Assembly (NCBI GenBank): GCA_965219955.1
Contig: OZ244799.1
Span: 1,856,001 to 1,920,000, forward strand
Reading direction: 5' to 3'
Length of the DNA stretch: 64,000 bases
Source of the DNA: a bacterium
GTDB taxonomy: Bacteria > UBA8248
Shown here in pieces: positions 51,294-62,651 of the stretch. The translations under genes and the position numbers were made by a program. Each line of letters begins with the position of its first letter. The first letter of the stretch is position 1. Under the pieces are notes generated by a model, which was not told the DNA's origin, searched no databases, and was given only the letters and a program-made list of their open reading frames with translations.

Positions 51294-52034
51294 ATGAGTG
51301 AGCCGATTATCCGGATCGAGGGAATGAACAAGTGGTTCGGCGAGTTCCACGTCCTGCGCGACATCGACCTCACCGTCAACCGGGCCGAGCGCATCGTCAT
51401 CTGCGGGCCTTCGGGCTCGGGCAAATCGACGCTCATCCGCTGCATCAACCGCCTGGAGGAACACCAGAAGGGCACCATCGTGGTGGAGGGCATCGAACTC
51501 ACGGGGGACCTCAAGCAAATCGACAACGTGCGCCGGGAAGTCGGCATGGTGTTCCAGCAGTTCAACCTCTTTCCCCACCTGACGGTTCTGGAGAACTGCA
51601 CGCTCGCGCCCATCTGGGTGCGCAAGACGCCGAGGGCGGAGGCGGAAGAGCTCGCGATGGAGTATCTGACCCGCGTCAAGATTCCCGAGCAGGCCCTGAA
51701 ATACCCCGGCCAGCTATCGGGCGGCCAGCAGCAGCGCGTGGCGATTGCGCGCTCGCTCTGCATGCGTCCCAAGATCATGCTGTTCGACGAGCCGACCTCC
51801 GCGCTCGACCCCGAGATGATCAAGGAAGTGCTCGACGTGATGGTCGAACTCGCCGAGACCGAGATGACGATGCTCGTCGTGACGCACGAGATGGGTTTTG
51901 CGAGGCAGGTCGCCCACTGCGTCATCTTCATGGACGAGGGCCAGATCGTCGAGCGGAACGAACCCGAAGAATTCTTCAACAACCCCCAATCCGACCGCAC
52001 GAAACTCTTCCTGAGCCAGATACTGTCGCATTAG
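51294..52034 (+). CDS. aapP: General L-amino acid ABC transporter ATP-binding protein
   Basis: [33 protein letters not shown]. Confidence 0.93.
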   Translation: MSEPIIRIEGMNKWFGEFHVLRDIDLTVNRAERIVICGPSGSGKSTLIRCINRLEEHQKGTIVVEGIELTGDLKQIDNVRREVGMVFQQFNLFPHLTVLENCTLAPIWVRKTPRAEAEELAMEYLTRVKIPEQALKYPGQLSGGQQQRVAIARSLCMRPKIMLFDEPTSALDPEMIKEVLDVMVELAETEMTMLVVTHEMGFARQVAHCVIFMDEGQIVERNEPEEFFNNPQSDRTKLFLSQILSH

Positions 52035-52476
52035 AAGGGTGGGGTTACGTTTTATCTAGTGAATTTTACGCAAATGGTACTGAAGTATATTTATCGTGCA
52101 AGTCTTTCTTTCGCTAAATTTGGATATCCGAAGAGGATACCTATGAGGATCAACTCAACCTAATCCTTGAAACGACGCTTCAAGAAGCACCTGAAATAGT
52201 TGCTTTAAGAAAGCATTTTCCTCGATGAAATTGTCTTTCCCGATTATGCCAGAGGAATTAAAGCTTCGTTACCACGAACTCGTGAAACAATGGCATCCAG
52301 ACCTGAACCCAAATGCTCCTCAAGCTGGGCCTATTCATTGATTTATTTGACAATAACCCACCGAAATGCCATATCTGGCGATAGATGATTCGAAGCTAAC
52401 GTTGCAAGGATACCGTAAGACTCGCCAATAATTACCGGGTGCGCCGTTTCGCGAGAGTGGAGCGAGGAGGATCGCC

Positions 52477-52771
52477 ATGAGCAAGCTGGAACCGGTTCAC
52501 CCGGGCGAAATTCTGAAACACGATTTTATGCAGCCCTTTCGCGCTGTCCTGCGCCGCTCTCGCCAAGGCGATTGGTGTATCACCGGCGCGGATCAGAGAA
52601 ATCGTTCGCGGGCGTCGGGGCATCACTGCCGAGACTGCACTGCGCTTGTCCCGTTATTTCAATACGGACGCTAGGAGCCGGATGAATCTTCAGGATCGTT
52701 ATGAACTCGAACTCGCGGCGCGGGCCAATGAAGACGCCTTGTGGGCTATCCACCCGCGTCAACAGGCGTGA
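52477..52771 (+). pseudogene. higA: HigA-family antitoxin, frameshifted near 52540; no toxin seen
   Basis: VHPGEILKHDFMQP / LS..ALAKAIGVSPARI.EIVRGRRGITAETALRLSRYF..MNLQDRYEL. Confidence 0.85.
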
Positions 52772-52938
52772 GGGCGAAGATTTTATCTTACCAGCGGGCT
52801 GATGAAAACCAGGTTCCGATTTGGCGATCCAGGCATAGTGAGTCAGGGAATTCAGTTGAGGGTATCGCTCAACGATTATACCGACAGCGGAACTTGGGTT
52901 TCAGCTTCAAATTCTCGAATCGCCGTACAGGAGGGAAA

Positions 52939-53817
52939 ATGCGGTATTCACAGAACCAACTGTGCGTCTTCTTATTCGTGTTCGTGATATGCGCCATCCC
53001 GAGTGCGGCGGGAGCGAGCGCCGCCCGTGAGGCAAAGCCTTCCGGCTGGTACGTTGGCCTGGGCGCCGGGGTCAACAGGACTTCGGGCATCGAGCAGACG
53101 GGCTACAACCGCGACGACATCTGTTATCCCGACTGGGATTGCACCCATATCGACGGCGGCGCGCCCGACGGCTACCGGTGGTCCTACGACCTGGAAGCGG
53201 ATGACGGCGCCGTGTTCGAGATTTCCATCGGGCGCACCATCGGCGCGTTCCGGCTGGAACTCGCGCTGGCCCAGCGTAAAAGCGGAATCGAGCAGAAATT
53301 CACGGACATCACCTATCTGGACGGCTCGCGCATCACGCCCCGCCCGATGAGCAACTATCAAAGCGACTCCGACGCCCGTATCGACGACTTGACGACGCGC
53401 ACCCTCTCGCTGAACGCCTATTACGATTTCTCGATCGCGGGCAGCCGCTTCACGCCCTACCTGGGCGCAGGCGCGGGCGTCTCTTTTTTGAAGCTATCGG
53501 GGTTGTATTATGAGTCACGGTTTTCGTGCAGGAACCCGGCGTCTGATTGCGATATGCCCGAACAGTACAACAGCCGCCAGCACGTGGACCTCTCGGACTC
53601 CGTCTATTCCGCACACCTCCACGCCGGCTTCGACTACCGCGCAAGCGAAAAGACGCTCGTGGGCTTGAAGCTCACCTACTCCGTGGTGGGCGACATGGAA
53701 GACGTAGAAGGCGGCTACGATTTCCATCCGGTCCCCGACGTTTCCAATTTCACTACGGTCGGCAATATGAACCACTGGTCCGTGATGTTCGGTGTGAAAT
53801 ACTTCTTCGGGCGGTGA
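52939..53817 (+). CDS. Outer-membrane beta-barrel protein (opacity/OmpA-barrel-like) with Cys-containing loops
   Basis: Signal peptide; WYVGLGAG, LNAYYDF, FTPYLGAGAG, C-terminal GVKYFF. Confidence 0.8.
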   Translation: MRYSQNQLCVFLFVFVICAIPSAAGASAAREAKPSGWYVGLGAGVNRTSGIEQTGYNRDDICYPDWDCTHIDGGAPDGYRWSYDLEADDGAVFEISIGRTIGAFRLELALAQRKSGIEQKFTDITYLDGSRITPRPMSNYQSDSDARIDDLTTRTLSLNAYYDFSIAGSRFTPYLGAGAGVSFLKLSGLYYESRFSCRNPASDCDMPEQYNSRQHVDLSDSVYSAHLHAGFDYRASEKTLVGLKLTYSVVGDMEDVEGGYDFHPVPDVSNFTTVGNMNHWSVMFGVKYFFGR

Positions 53818-54022
53818 CGCTTCGACTCAATATAACTACCCACTTGCCATTACTGATGAAATGTCGAGCTCAACATTTCATCAGTTCGACGACGACGATG
53901 GTGTATACTGGGGTCCAACGGATTTCACGCGGCCGGCCCCGGCGCTTCTCCTCCCTGGACGGCCAGGGAAGAGTACCGAACGGTCTGTTTCGGTCAACAG
54001 TATATATTCCACAAAGGAAACC

Positions 54023-55057
54023 ATGCATATGAAACCCCTGAAACTGATGGCCCTGTTCATTGTTTTGCTGGCGGCTGGCTGTTTCGGCGGCGGCAGTTCT
54101 TCTGTACCTCCCCCTCCCCTGCCGACGCCCACGCTCACGCCCGAACCCCAGCCGTTCCGTACGCGGACGACCTTCGTCGACGGCATCCTGAGCGTCGACG
54201 TGCGCTACCACGACGGCCGTACGCACACCCTCGATACCGTCCGGGACCGGGACGCCTCATGGGGGCGTTACCTTCCCCGACCCTTGCAACCCGGTCATTC
54301 CAGCCGCGAATGGCTTCTGGCGGAGAACCACTACGACGGCAGGATTCTGCTCTACACCGTCGTCTCCTGGAACGCCGAGGACCCTTCCGACTACCTCGCG
54401 GCCGGTTGGTGGCTCGTCTATCCCCCCGGCGCGCCCATTCGTGCTTTCGAATCCGCCACGCGCGGCGTCTTCATCGACGGCCCCGAGCTCGACCCCGCCA
54501 ACCCGCCCGAGCTTCCGCTCTCCGGCACAGCCACCTACTTGGGCGGGGCGGGCGGCCTGTACACCTACAACTACGGACGCGACTGGGGTGATTTGGCAGG
54601 GACGTCGGAGTACACCGAATTCGCAGGGACCATGGAGTTGACCGCGGACTTCGCCGGCAGGCGCATCACCGGCTGCATGGGGTGCGCCGGAGCGACCGAA
54701 ACCGCGCCCGGCCGCCACCTCTATCCGGCCGTGCCCTGGCAGGGCCCGGATCCCGCGGCGTTGCCGGCCGACTACGACCTGCGTTTTTCGGCGTCGTTCG
54801 ACGAGAAGGGCGCATTCGAGGATACCGGGATCACCGTCAACCATCCCGACCGCGAAATCACGCAAGCCGCCGGGACGTGGCGCGGCCAGTTCTCGAATGT
54901 GCCCGACGCCGGCGGCCACCCCCGCCGCGTGGTCGGCTCGAGCGACGTGCACTTTGCCGAGGCGGACGGCTCGAGCGGACGCTTTACGGGTATCTTCGAT
55001 GCGCTTACGCCCGCTACGCTCAAACCTGATGACGGCAATTCGCCCAACGCGAACTGA
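54023..55057 (+). CDS. Surface lipoprotein with TbpB-like beta-barrel
   Basis: LAAGC lipobox, Gly/Ser/Pro tether, LPLSGTATYLGGAGG, LTADF, GTWRGQF. Confidence 0.7.
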   Translation: MHMKPLKLMALFIVLLAAGCFGGGSSSVPPPPLPTPTLTPEPQPFRTRTTFVDGILSVDVRYHDGRTHTLDTVRDRDASWGRYLPRPLQPGHSSREWLLAENHYDGRILLYTVVSWNAEDPSDYLAAGWWLVYPPGAPIRAFESATRGVFIDGPELDPANPPELPLSGTATYLGGAGGLYTYNYGRDWGDLAGTSEYTEFAGTMELTADFAGRRITGCMGCAGATETAPGRHLYPAVPWQGPDPAALPADYDLRFSASFDEKGAFEDTGITVNHPDREITQAAGTWRGQFSNVPDAGGHPRRVVGSSDVHFAEADGSSGRFTGIFDALTPATLKPDDGNSPNAN

Positions 55058-55460
55058 TTACGCCCACACTCCGTCGCCAGGAAGGCCAAGAAGCGGTCTT
55101 GGGTTGATGTGTATCAGGAATGTATCAGCCCGAAACGAATACGTCGCGATATACCGATAACTCCCTCTGGCGCCTACGCTATTGTTATTCCCGCGGCACG
55201 GGTAAACGGCAAGGTGCTCCGGGTCGTGCGCAGGGTGTGAGGAATACCGCCGGGAGACTCTGTATTCACCATTGCCCTCTCTTCACCGGATGCGTATATT
55301 CATTGCGCCCGCCCGAATGAACGAGTTGAACCCGAGTGAATCTTTTTATGCTTTTTCCCTGCTCCTCCCGTGAAAATCACTTTCAGCACCCGGGCGCCGG
55401 GAACGATGGGCCGCATCAGGCAGCCCGGTTCTCCTCTGCAATACCACAGGTAATCTTCTG

Positions 55461-57362
55461 GTGAGCGGGCCGATGAGCGCCGCGCGAGGGGTGCTGGCCG
55501 GGACGTTCGGCTTCAGTGAGTTCCGGCCGGGCCAGGAGGACGTGATCGAAACGCTGCTCTCGGGGCGCAACGCGCTCGCCGTGATGCCGACGGGTTCGGG
55601 CAAGTCGCTGTGCTTCCAGATACCGGCGCTCCTCACGGGCGGGCTGACGGTCGTCGTATCACCGCTGGTGGCGCTGATGCAGGATCAGGTGGCGGCGCTC
55701 AGGCTCGCGGGCGTCGAGGCGGAGTGCATCAATTCCGGCAACGGCCGGGCGGAGAACGTGGCCGCCTGGAAGCGCGCGGCCGAGGGCCGCACCCGTCTTC
55801 TCTACATGGCGCCCGAGCGGCTGATGACCGAGCGCATGCTCGCGGCGCTCGAGCGCTTGCCCGTGAAACTGTTCGCCGTCGACGAGGCCCACTGCATCTC
55901 GCAGTGGGGGCCGGCCTTCCGGCCGGAATACGCCGACCTCTGCCGGTTGCGGCAAATCTTTCCGGGGATACCGCTCGCAGCGCTGACTGCGACCGCCGAT
56001 GCGGTGACCCGTGAAGACATCGTCGAGCGGCTGTTCGGCGGCCGCGTCCGGCAGTTCGTGCTCGGCTTCGACCGACCCAACATCTCTCTCGCCGTGGAGA
56101 TGAAACAGAACTGGAAGCGCCAACTTATAAGTTTCATCGCACACCGTGAGGGCCGGAGCGGCATCGTCTACTGCCTCTCGCGCAAGAAGACGGAAGAGGC
56201 TGCCGCCATGCTCGCGGCCGAGGGTGTACGCGCATTGCCCTATCACGCCGGGATGGAAGCCCGGGAGCGGGAACACCACCAGAACGTCTTCATGACGGAG
56301 CCAGGCGTCGTCATCGTGGCGACCATCGCATTCGGGATGGGAGTCGACAAGGCGGACGTGCGTTACGTCTTCCATACCGACCTTCCGGGCAGCATGGAGG
56401 CCTATTACCAGGAGATCGGCCGCGCCGGAAGAGACGGCCGCCCCGCCGAGGCGCACATGCTCTACGGGCTGGGTGACATCCGGATGCGCCGTCAGTTCAT
56501 CGAGGAGGAAGACGCAGGCCCGCAGCGCAGGCGTCGGGAGCACAAGCGGCTCGACGCGCTCCTCGGCTATTGCGAGGCGCCGGCCTGCAGGCGGGTGGCG
56601 CTGCTCGATTACTTCGGAGAGAGTGTCGAGCCTTGCGGCAACTGCGACGTCTGTCTCTCGCCGCCCGATCTCATCGAGGGCACGGATGAGGCGCTCAAGA
56701 TACTCTCGGCGGCCAGCCGCTCTGGGGAGCGATTCGGCGCGGCGCATCTGATCGAGATTCTTCGCGGAAGGGAATCGGAGAAGATCGCGCGTTTCGGGCA
56801 TGATTCGCTGCCCGCCTTTGGAACCGGTGCGGATCGCAGCGCGAACGAGTGGCGCTCCCTGATCCGCCAGATGATCGCGGCCGGGTTCCTGTGGCTGGAC
56901 ATCGGGGGCTATGGCGGGATCGGGATCACGGAGAAGGGCCGCATGCTGGAACGCGGCGAGGGCGAATTCATCTACCGGATGGATACGGTGGCCGCGCCGC
57001 AGGCCTCAAGGACGCGGGCGCGCGGCGGCGGGGAGGCGGAGCCGCATCTCAGCGAGCGCGAAACGACGCTGCTGGACGTCCTGAAAGCGCTCAGGCTCGA
57101 AATCGCCAGGGAGCGCGGCGTGCCCGCCTATATCGTGTTTCACGACCGCACGCTGATCGAAATGGCGCGACGCCGTCCGCGCACCAAGGCTCAGTTCGCG
57201 GAAATCGGCGGCGTCGGGGCGGCCAAGCTGGAAGCTTTCGCGGAACCCTTCCTGGCCGCTATCGATGAAGCCTCCTCCGGAGCGGACGAGAGCGCCGGGG
57301 TTTCCGGGGACGACATTATCGAGGAGGCGAGTGGTTTCTCCACCCTGGCTCAAGGTGAGTGA
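55461..57362 (+). CDS. recQ: ATP-dependent DNA helicase RecQ
   Basis: MPTGSGKSLC, VDEAHCISQWG, QEIGRAGRDG, Zn site CRR..CGNCDVC, RQC and HRDC (VPAYIVFHDRTL). Confidence 0.95.
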   Translation: MSGPMSAARGVLAGTFGFSEFRPGQEDVIETLLSGRNALAVMPTGSGKSLCFQIPALLTGGLTVVVSPLVALMQDQVAALRLAGVEAECINSGNGRAENVAAWKRAAEGRTRLLYMAPERLMTERMLAALERLPVKLFAVDEAHCISQWGPAFRPEYADLCRLRQIFPGIPLAALTATADAVTREDIVERLFGGRVRQFVLGFDRPNISLAVEMKQNWKRQLISFIAHREGRSGIVYCLSRKKTEEAAAMLAAEGVRALPYHAGMEAREREHHQNVFMTEPGVVIVATIAFGMGVDKADVRYVFHTDLPGSMEAYYQEIGRAGRDGRPAEAHMLYGLGDIRMRRQFIEEEDAGPQRRRREHKRLDALLGYCEAPACRRVALLDYFGESVEPCGNCDVCLSPPDLIEGTDEALKILSAASRSGERFGAAHLIEILRGRESEKIARFGHDSLPAFGTGADRSANEWRSLIRQMIAAGFLWLDIGGYGGIGITEKGRMLERGEGEFIYRMDTVAAPQASRTRARGGGEAEPHLSERETTLLDVLKALRLEIARERGVPAYIVFHDRTLIEMARRRPRTKAQFAEIGGVGAAKLEAFAEPFLAAIDEASSGADESAGVSGDDIIEEASGFSTLAQGE

Positions 57363-57851
57363 TATAAGACGTGCGAAGCGCCCTTTGCCGCTTTCACCGG
57401 GAACCGCCCTCACCGGGCAGGCCTCGGGTTTCTACAGGAGCAAATATGGATCCAGGGATAGCGTTTCTTGTGCTTTGCGCATACCTGCTCGGGCGAAGGC
57501 ATGGGCGAAAGAGAATCTTGCGAGGCATGCAAACGACTCGATTACGCACAAGCAATAAGCTGACATCAGGCGGCTGTGCCTTGAGGCCGGCGTGGATAAC
57601 CCAACATGGCCGGCATCAGCCGAGCGCGAGCGTCTCTGCTCATTGACATCCTCAAAAAGGGCAGATGATGACACCGCCGCGCCGCCTGCGGATGGCCAAT
57701 GCCGTGGCAGTGGGTATCGAACCCAAATAACCGGCGGTCTCAATCGCAGTCTCCCGCAGCGTGTACCCCGTACATATTCCGGGGAAGTCTTTTATGAGAA
57801 AACCTGGAACCTGAAAACCATGCCAGTAATCGAAACCATCAGAAATCTGTT

Positions 57852-58916
57852 TCAGTCCCTGCGTACACCGAAAGCGCCGATGATCGATTGCCGTTCGAAC
57901 ACTCCGCCTGCTTCTTGATGGCGGTCCCCGTAGAATCGTCCTTCGAGACTCCTGTTATCCGATATGAAGGCGCCATCGATAACCGCTACGTCTTCCCATG
58001 TCATATCTTTCAGGACTACATCCGAGCCCCGGATCCGCGTAAACGACACATCCACCTTTGAAGCAGAAAAACCATCGAGTTCGATCACCGCGCTTCCGGT
58101 CACGACCTTGCCGCTAAGCATGTCTTTCCCCACCATGCGTCCGGACCATCGCGCACCGCCGTCAAGTTGCTTCGGGTTCGTCCCGGGGAAGTGAGGCGCC
58201 CACGAAACGCCTGCCACCGTATCGTCTCCAGTCAACACATAGAAAGATGTCCTGCCCACCCACGCCCCATGGACATTTGCATTCGGGAGGACATCGAGGG
58301 CGGGCAGGTCAATCTCTCCTGCCGGTTCTTCTGATGGAACCAGGAGATCAGGGTTGATATCCGTATTACCCGCTACAAGGATGCCGGGTGCGGCATCGCC
58401 AAGGCGATGGCCGCTGCGCCAGTCCCATGGCGCGAGGTAACGGCCGGCATGCATGCCTCGCCCCTGTTTTCTCGCTTCTTTTTCCTCGGCGGCGTAGTTC
58501 GGGCTGTAGCGGGGTTCGTTCACGGCAAGGCCGGCCATTACGAGAGCGGCCCCTGCATCCTTTCCACCGGCGGAGCATGAACCCACGATGCGACCGTATC
58601 TGTCTGTTCTGGAGCCGCTGCAAGTCAACGCGCCCGTAGCGGCAAGGCGTTCGAGTTCTTCGGTTGCCGCCTGCCCGCAGGCCCATTCATCATCACCCGA
58701 GTCGCGGCATTTTTGATGTCTCTCGGGGGCATCGAATCCTGACAGCCGATAACGCTGCCCGTCGATATCGATGGTGTCGCCGTCCACCACGCGGACCCTC
58801 TGGTCGGGGACGAAGGCCGGCGGAACGTCCATGACGGCTGATTTTCCACCTCCTCCGCAAGCGGCCAGAACGAACACCAATACAGCAGCACCTAATGAAT
58901 TCCTCGTGTGATTCAA
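57852..58916 (-). CDS. Lipoprotein: thermonuclease (SNase) domain plus C-terminal TbpB-like barrel
   Basis: VLAAC lipobox; VVDGDT, RLSGFDAPE, DRYGRIVG, EKEARKQGRGM, PWDWR; C-terminal LEGRFYGDRHQEAGGVF..IGAFG. Confidence 0.8.
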   Translation of the reverse strand: MNHTRNSLGAAVLVFVLAACGGGGKSAVMDVPPAFVPDQRVRVVDGDTIDIDGQRYRLSGFDAPERHQKCRDSGDDEWACGQAATEELERLAATGALTCSGSRTDRYGRIVGSCSAGGKDAGAALVMAGLAVNEPRYSPNYAAEEKEARKQGRGMHAGRYLAPWDWRSGHRLGDAAPGILVAGNTDINPDLLVPSEEPAGEIDLPALDVLPNANVHGAWVGRTSFYVLTGDDTVAGVSWAPHFPGTNPKQLDGGARWSGRMVGKDMLSGKVVTGSAVIELDGFSASKVDVSFTRIRGSDVVLKDMTWEDVAVIDGAFISDNRSLEGRFYGDRHQEAGGVFERQSIIGAFGVRRD

Positions 58917-59305
58917 AATCCGGTCTGCTCCTTATTCGTAAGTGCCGACTCCTGGCAGATCCGTCAGCGCGAGACTGTATAGATATTGGAGTGCAAACGA
59001 ATCTGCAAGCACAATTCATGGTCCTTTGGCGTCTATACAGCTTTCGTGACTCCTGCCGGGGAACTGCCAATCCGGGCGTGACGGCTCGCAGGCTTTATTC
59101 CGATAACCATGCGCTCTCGAGTGAGTTCTGCCGCCGCATCGGCCTGTTCAGGCCCGGCGGCGTACTTAGGGATATGATGGCCAAGTGACATTGCCCACCG
59201 GAATGTCGTAGGGTATTTTTCTATTACGGGATGGCGTCCGCCGCCCGGGCCATGAGGACCCATCATGCCGCCTGCGTCTTGGTACGGGAAAGGGGGGTAG
59301 ATGCG

Positions 59306-60667
59306 ATGGATTGGCTGAATTCGATGATCAGTTCCGTGAACGCCTTCGCCTGGGGGCCGCCGATGCTCGGCATGCTGGGCGTGACGGGCGTGCTGCTCAC
59401 GCTGGGGATGGTCTTCATGCCCTGGCGCAAGGTGGGCTACGGCTTCCAGCTGCTCTACGACACCGACGGGGAGGTCGGCGAGGGCGAGGTCAAGCCCTTC
59501 AACGCGCTGATGACGGCGCTCTCCGCCACGGTCGGCACCGGGAACATCGCCGGCGTCGCCACCGCCATCGCCCTGGGGGGTCCGGGGGCCATCTTCTACA
59601 TGTGGCTCATCGCGCTCTTCGGCATGGCGACGAAATACGCCGAGGCCGTCTGCGCGGTCACCTACCGCGAGGTGGACGCGGCGGGCAAGTACGTGGGCGG
59701 ACCCATGTACTACTTGAGGAACGGCGTGGGCGAATTCGCGCCCGAACTCGCCAAGTGGCTGGGGCTCGCGTTCGCCGTGTTCGGCGCGGTGGCGGCCTTC
59801 GGCATCGGCAACGCCGTGCAGGTGAACTCGATGGCGACCGCACTTCAGGACAGCTTCCTGATCCCCACCTGGATCACGGGAGTCGTCGTGGCCGCGCTGG
59901 TGGGCTTCGTCGTCCTGGGCGGCATTCAGCGGATCGGCGAGGTGGCGGGCAAGCTCGTGCCCGCGATGATCGCCCTCTACGTGGGCGCCGCGCTCATCAT
60001 CATCCTCATCAACATCGCCTCGGTCCCCGCGGCCATCGGCTTGATCTTCAAGCACGCCTTCACCCCGGCGGCGGCGGCGGGCGGTTTCGCGGGCGCGGCG
60101 GTGGCGGCGGCGGTTCGCTTCGGCGTCGCGCGCGGCGTGTTCTCGAACGAATCGGGGCTGGGCTCCGCAGCCATCGCGCACGCGGCGGCGCAGACGAACA
60201 GCCCGGTGCGCCAGGGCGTCATCGCCATGCTGGGCACCTTCATCGACACCATCGTGGTCTGCACGATGACGGCGCTGGTCATCCTCACCTCGGGCGCGTG
60301 GATGCTCAAGGGTGGCGACGGCGCGGGCCTGACGGGCGTCGTGCTCACCTCGGCGGGTTTCCAGAACACCATCGCGGGCGGGAAGTACATCGTCACGGTC
60401 GCGCTGGCCGTCTTCGCCTTCACCACCATCCTGGGCTGGTCGTACTACGGCGAGCGGTGCTGGCAGTATCTCTTCAGCGAGAACAGCCTCATGGTCTACC
60501 GGGGGCTCTGGGTGCTGGCGGCGCTCGGCTTCGCGAACGTGAAGGTGGCGTTTGTCTGGAACCTGTCCGACACGCTGAACGGGCTGATGGCGGTGCCCAA
60601 CCTCATCGGCCTGCTCCTGCTCGCGCCGATGGTCTTCAAGGTCACGCGCGAGTATTTCGACGCGTAG
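59306..60667 (+). CDS. Alanine/glycine:cation symporter (AGCS family)
   Basis: ATVGTGNIAGVATAI, GGPGA, GGPMYY, GVARGVFSNESGLGS, FIDT. Confidence 0.93.
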   Translation: MDWLNSMISSVNAFAWGPPMLGMLGVTGVLLTLGMVFMPWRKVGYGFQLLYDTDGEVGEGEVKPFNALMTALSATVGTGNIAGVATAIALGGPGAIFYMWLIALFGMATKYAEAVCAVTYREVDAAGKYVGGPMYYLRNGVGEFAPELAKWLGLAFAVFGAVAAFGIGNAVQVNSMATALQDSFLIPTWITGVVVAALVGFVVLGGIQRIGEVAGKLVPAMIALYVGAALIIILINIASVPAAIGLIFKHAFTPAAAAGGFAGAAVAAAVRFGVARGVFSNESGLGSAAIAHAAAQTNSPVRQGVIAMLGTFIDTIVVCTMTALVILTSGAWMLKGGDGAGLTGVVLTSAGFQNTIAGGKYIVTVALAVFAFTTILGWSYYGERCWQYLFSENSLMVYRGLWVLAALGFANVKVAFVWNLSDTLNGLMAVPNLIGLLLLAPMVFKVTREYFDA

Positions 60668-60683
60668 CAGTTTCAGTAATCCA

Positions 60684-60732
60684 GGGCCGCTCTTGCGGGT
60701 GCGAAACCGTCCGTGAGAGCGGTCCGTTTTTT
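60684..60732 (+). terminator. Rho-independent terminator
   Basis: GGGCCGCTCTTGCGGG..TCCGTGAGAGCGGTCC followed by TTTTTT. Confidence 0.75.
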
Positions 60733-60833
60733 CAGGAAATCGGAACTGACATGCGTTCGTAACGGGGGCGTTAAAAAGATACTGTCCTGTGATTTTCTAT
60801 AAGTATGTTCAGCGACAAGAAGTGAATGTCACA

Positions 60834-61190
60834 AGAGATGCCGGGATGCAAGAAGCGTGAGCAGCTGAAATTTTTCGGCGACGGTTTGCTGGAGAGCTGG
60901 CTCCGAAGGGTCACGTCCTGTACCGCGTGAATCGTGCATTGGACCGGAGTTGGCGGATTGCTATTGCGCAGACAATGGTCGTCCGGGGATCGGCCCGGAA
61001 GTTGCGGTTCGCTTGATGACGGCGGGTCTGTTTCCTGGGGTCACGCACGACCGCTGCATGCTTCGCGAGACGCAGGTGAACTTGGAGATCCGGTGGTTCA
61101 TCGGGTATGGGCTGCACGAGGAGTTGCCGGAACGTTCGAGCCTGATTCGGATACGGCAGCGGTGAGTGAATCTTGCCGAGAAAATTCAGC
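60834..61190 (+). pseudogene. IS1182-family transposase N-terminal remnant
   Basis: YCADNGRPGIGPEVAVRLM..QVNLEIRWFIGYGLHEELPERSSLIRIRQR*. Confidence 0.75.
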
Positions 61191-61487
61191 GCGAACGAGG
61201 AAAGCGGAAAACCCGTCTCGGAACAACTGAAATGTCTCTTGCGCAGTGGATGGATTTGATAATATATTCAAGAAATTGCAAAGAAACCATAAAGGAAACT
61301 GAAACAAAGTCTTGCAGATGGGCATTTCAGAGAGGCTTTGAACGATTTTTCCAAAAGTTTACTTGCTGCATTGTTTTCGCAGGACTCAACAGGTAAATGG
61401 ACATGCTTTCTACAAGGTGGATTCATTCTTCGTCTCACCGGAAATTCCGAGAACCGCTGAATGAACTTTCGAGGAGACCCTACGGCG

Positions 61488-62651
61488 ATGCAAATTCCAT
61501 CCGCCTATGTTGAAGGCTACGAGCAAAAGGCCCGTCTCCACGATCAGGAACTGGCGGACCTCTACATCCGACACACCACCATCGGCGATCCGGAGCTCGA
61601 CCCGATCATGGAGGAGATATCCTCCATACCGGTCTCTGACCTGCACGCGTTCGTCGAGGCCGGCATCGAAGGGCATGACCGTGTTCTTCAGGAAGCGCCG
61701 CAACCCCTGCGCGATTTCTTCTGGAATTTCAAAGAGCCGTCCTGGCTGGATCATGAAGCCTTCAGGCCGGGGGTCCGCTGTTTCAACGTCAACGTCGACC
61801 TCATGCTCGTCGCGTTCGTGACGGGGGTGCTGGTGGAGGGCTTTTCGACGCTCATCGCCAAGTCCTTCAACACGACCGGACGGGTGGCGGCGACCCCCAG
61901 GCGCCTCATGCAGAACAACCGCCAGTTGATGGAGATATTCTACCCCGGCGGCCTGCAGAGAACCGGCGACGGCTGGAAGCTCTCCACGCGCGTCCGGTTC
62001 GTGCATGCGCGCATCAGGCAACTGCTGGCGAAATCAGGCGACTGGGAGCAAGAGATCTGGGGCACGCCGCTGAGCGCGGCGAACCTGGGGTTGGCCATCG
62101 CCATCTTCTCGATGCAACTGCTCAGATACTCGAAACTCGTGGGAACGAGCTTCAGCATCGAGGAACAAGAGAGCGTTCTCGCCGTCTGGCGCTACGCGGG
62201 CTACCTCATGGGGATACCCGAAACCATCCTCTACACCGACGGGGCGGACGCGGAGAGAAAACACGACATCGCCTACATGTGCGAACCGCCGCCGGGTGAC
62301 GATTCGGTGGCCATGTCGAACGCGCTGATCAAGGCCATCGCGCCGGTCGCGGGGGTTACGGACCCGAAAGAACAAGAAGATTTGACGGATCTGGCCTACC
62401 GCCTTTCCACGGCGTTGATAGGGCAGGAACTCGCAGGCCAGTTCGGGTATCCGAAGCACTCCCGCCTGTCCACCATGCTGACGCTCTACAGTTTCCGGAC
62501 GAAACAACGCCTCATGCGCTTTCTGCATAGCAAACAAATCGTCAAATCCCAGAATTTTTCGCAGCTTCTCAAGATTTCGGTGTACGATGAGGGCGGGATC
62601 AGCTACCGGATGCCCGACCGCGTCAAAGCGTCGGAATCGAGCAAGTGGTAA
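61488..62651 (+). CDS. MpaB/rubber-oxygenase-like (DUF2236) oxygenase family protein
   Basis: GDPELD, RRLMQN, VRFVHARIR, WGTPLS, WRYAGYLMGIPE. Confidence 0.75.
   Translation: MQIPSAYVEGYEQKARLHDQELADLYIRHTTIGDPELDPIMEEISSIPVSDLHAFVEAGIEGHDRVLQEAPQPLRDFFWNFKEPSWLDHEAFRPGVRCFNVNVDLMLVAFVTGVLVEGFSTLIAKSFNTTGRVAATPRRLMQNNRQLMEIFYPGGLQRTGDGWKLSTRVRFVHARIRQLLAKSGDWEQEIWGTPLSAANLGLAIAIFSMQLLRYSKLVGTSFSIEEQESVLAVWRYAGYLMGIPETILYTDGADAERKHDIAYMCEPPPGDDSVAMSNALIKAIAPVAGVTDPKEQEDLTDLAYRLSTALIGQELAGQFGYPKHSRLSTMLTLYSFRTKQRLMRFLHSKQIVKSQNFSQLLKISVYDEGGISYRMPDRVKASESSKW

Noticed and set aside
58920-59300. Glycine riboswitch upstream of the AGCS symporter
   Set aside because: Expected from gene context, but I could not find the GGAGA..CCGAAG..CTCAGG core motifs; cmscan would settle it.
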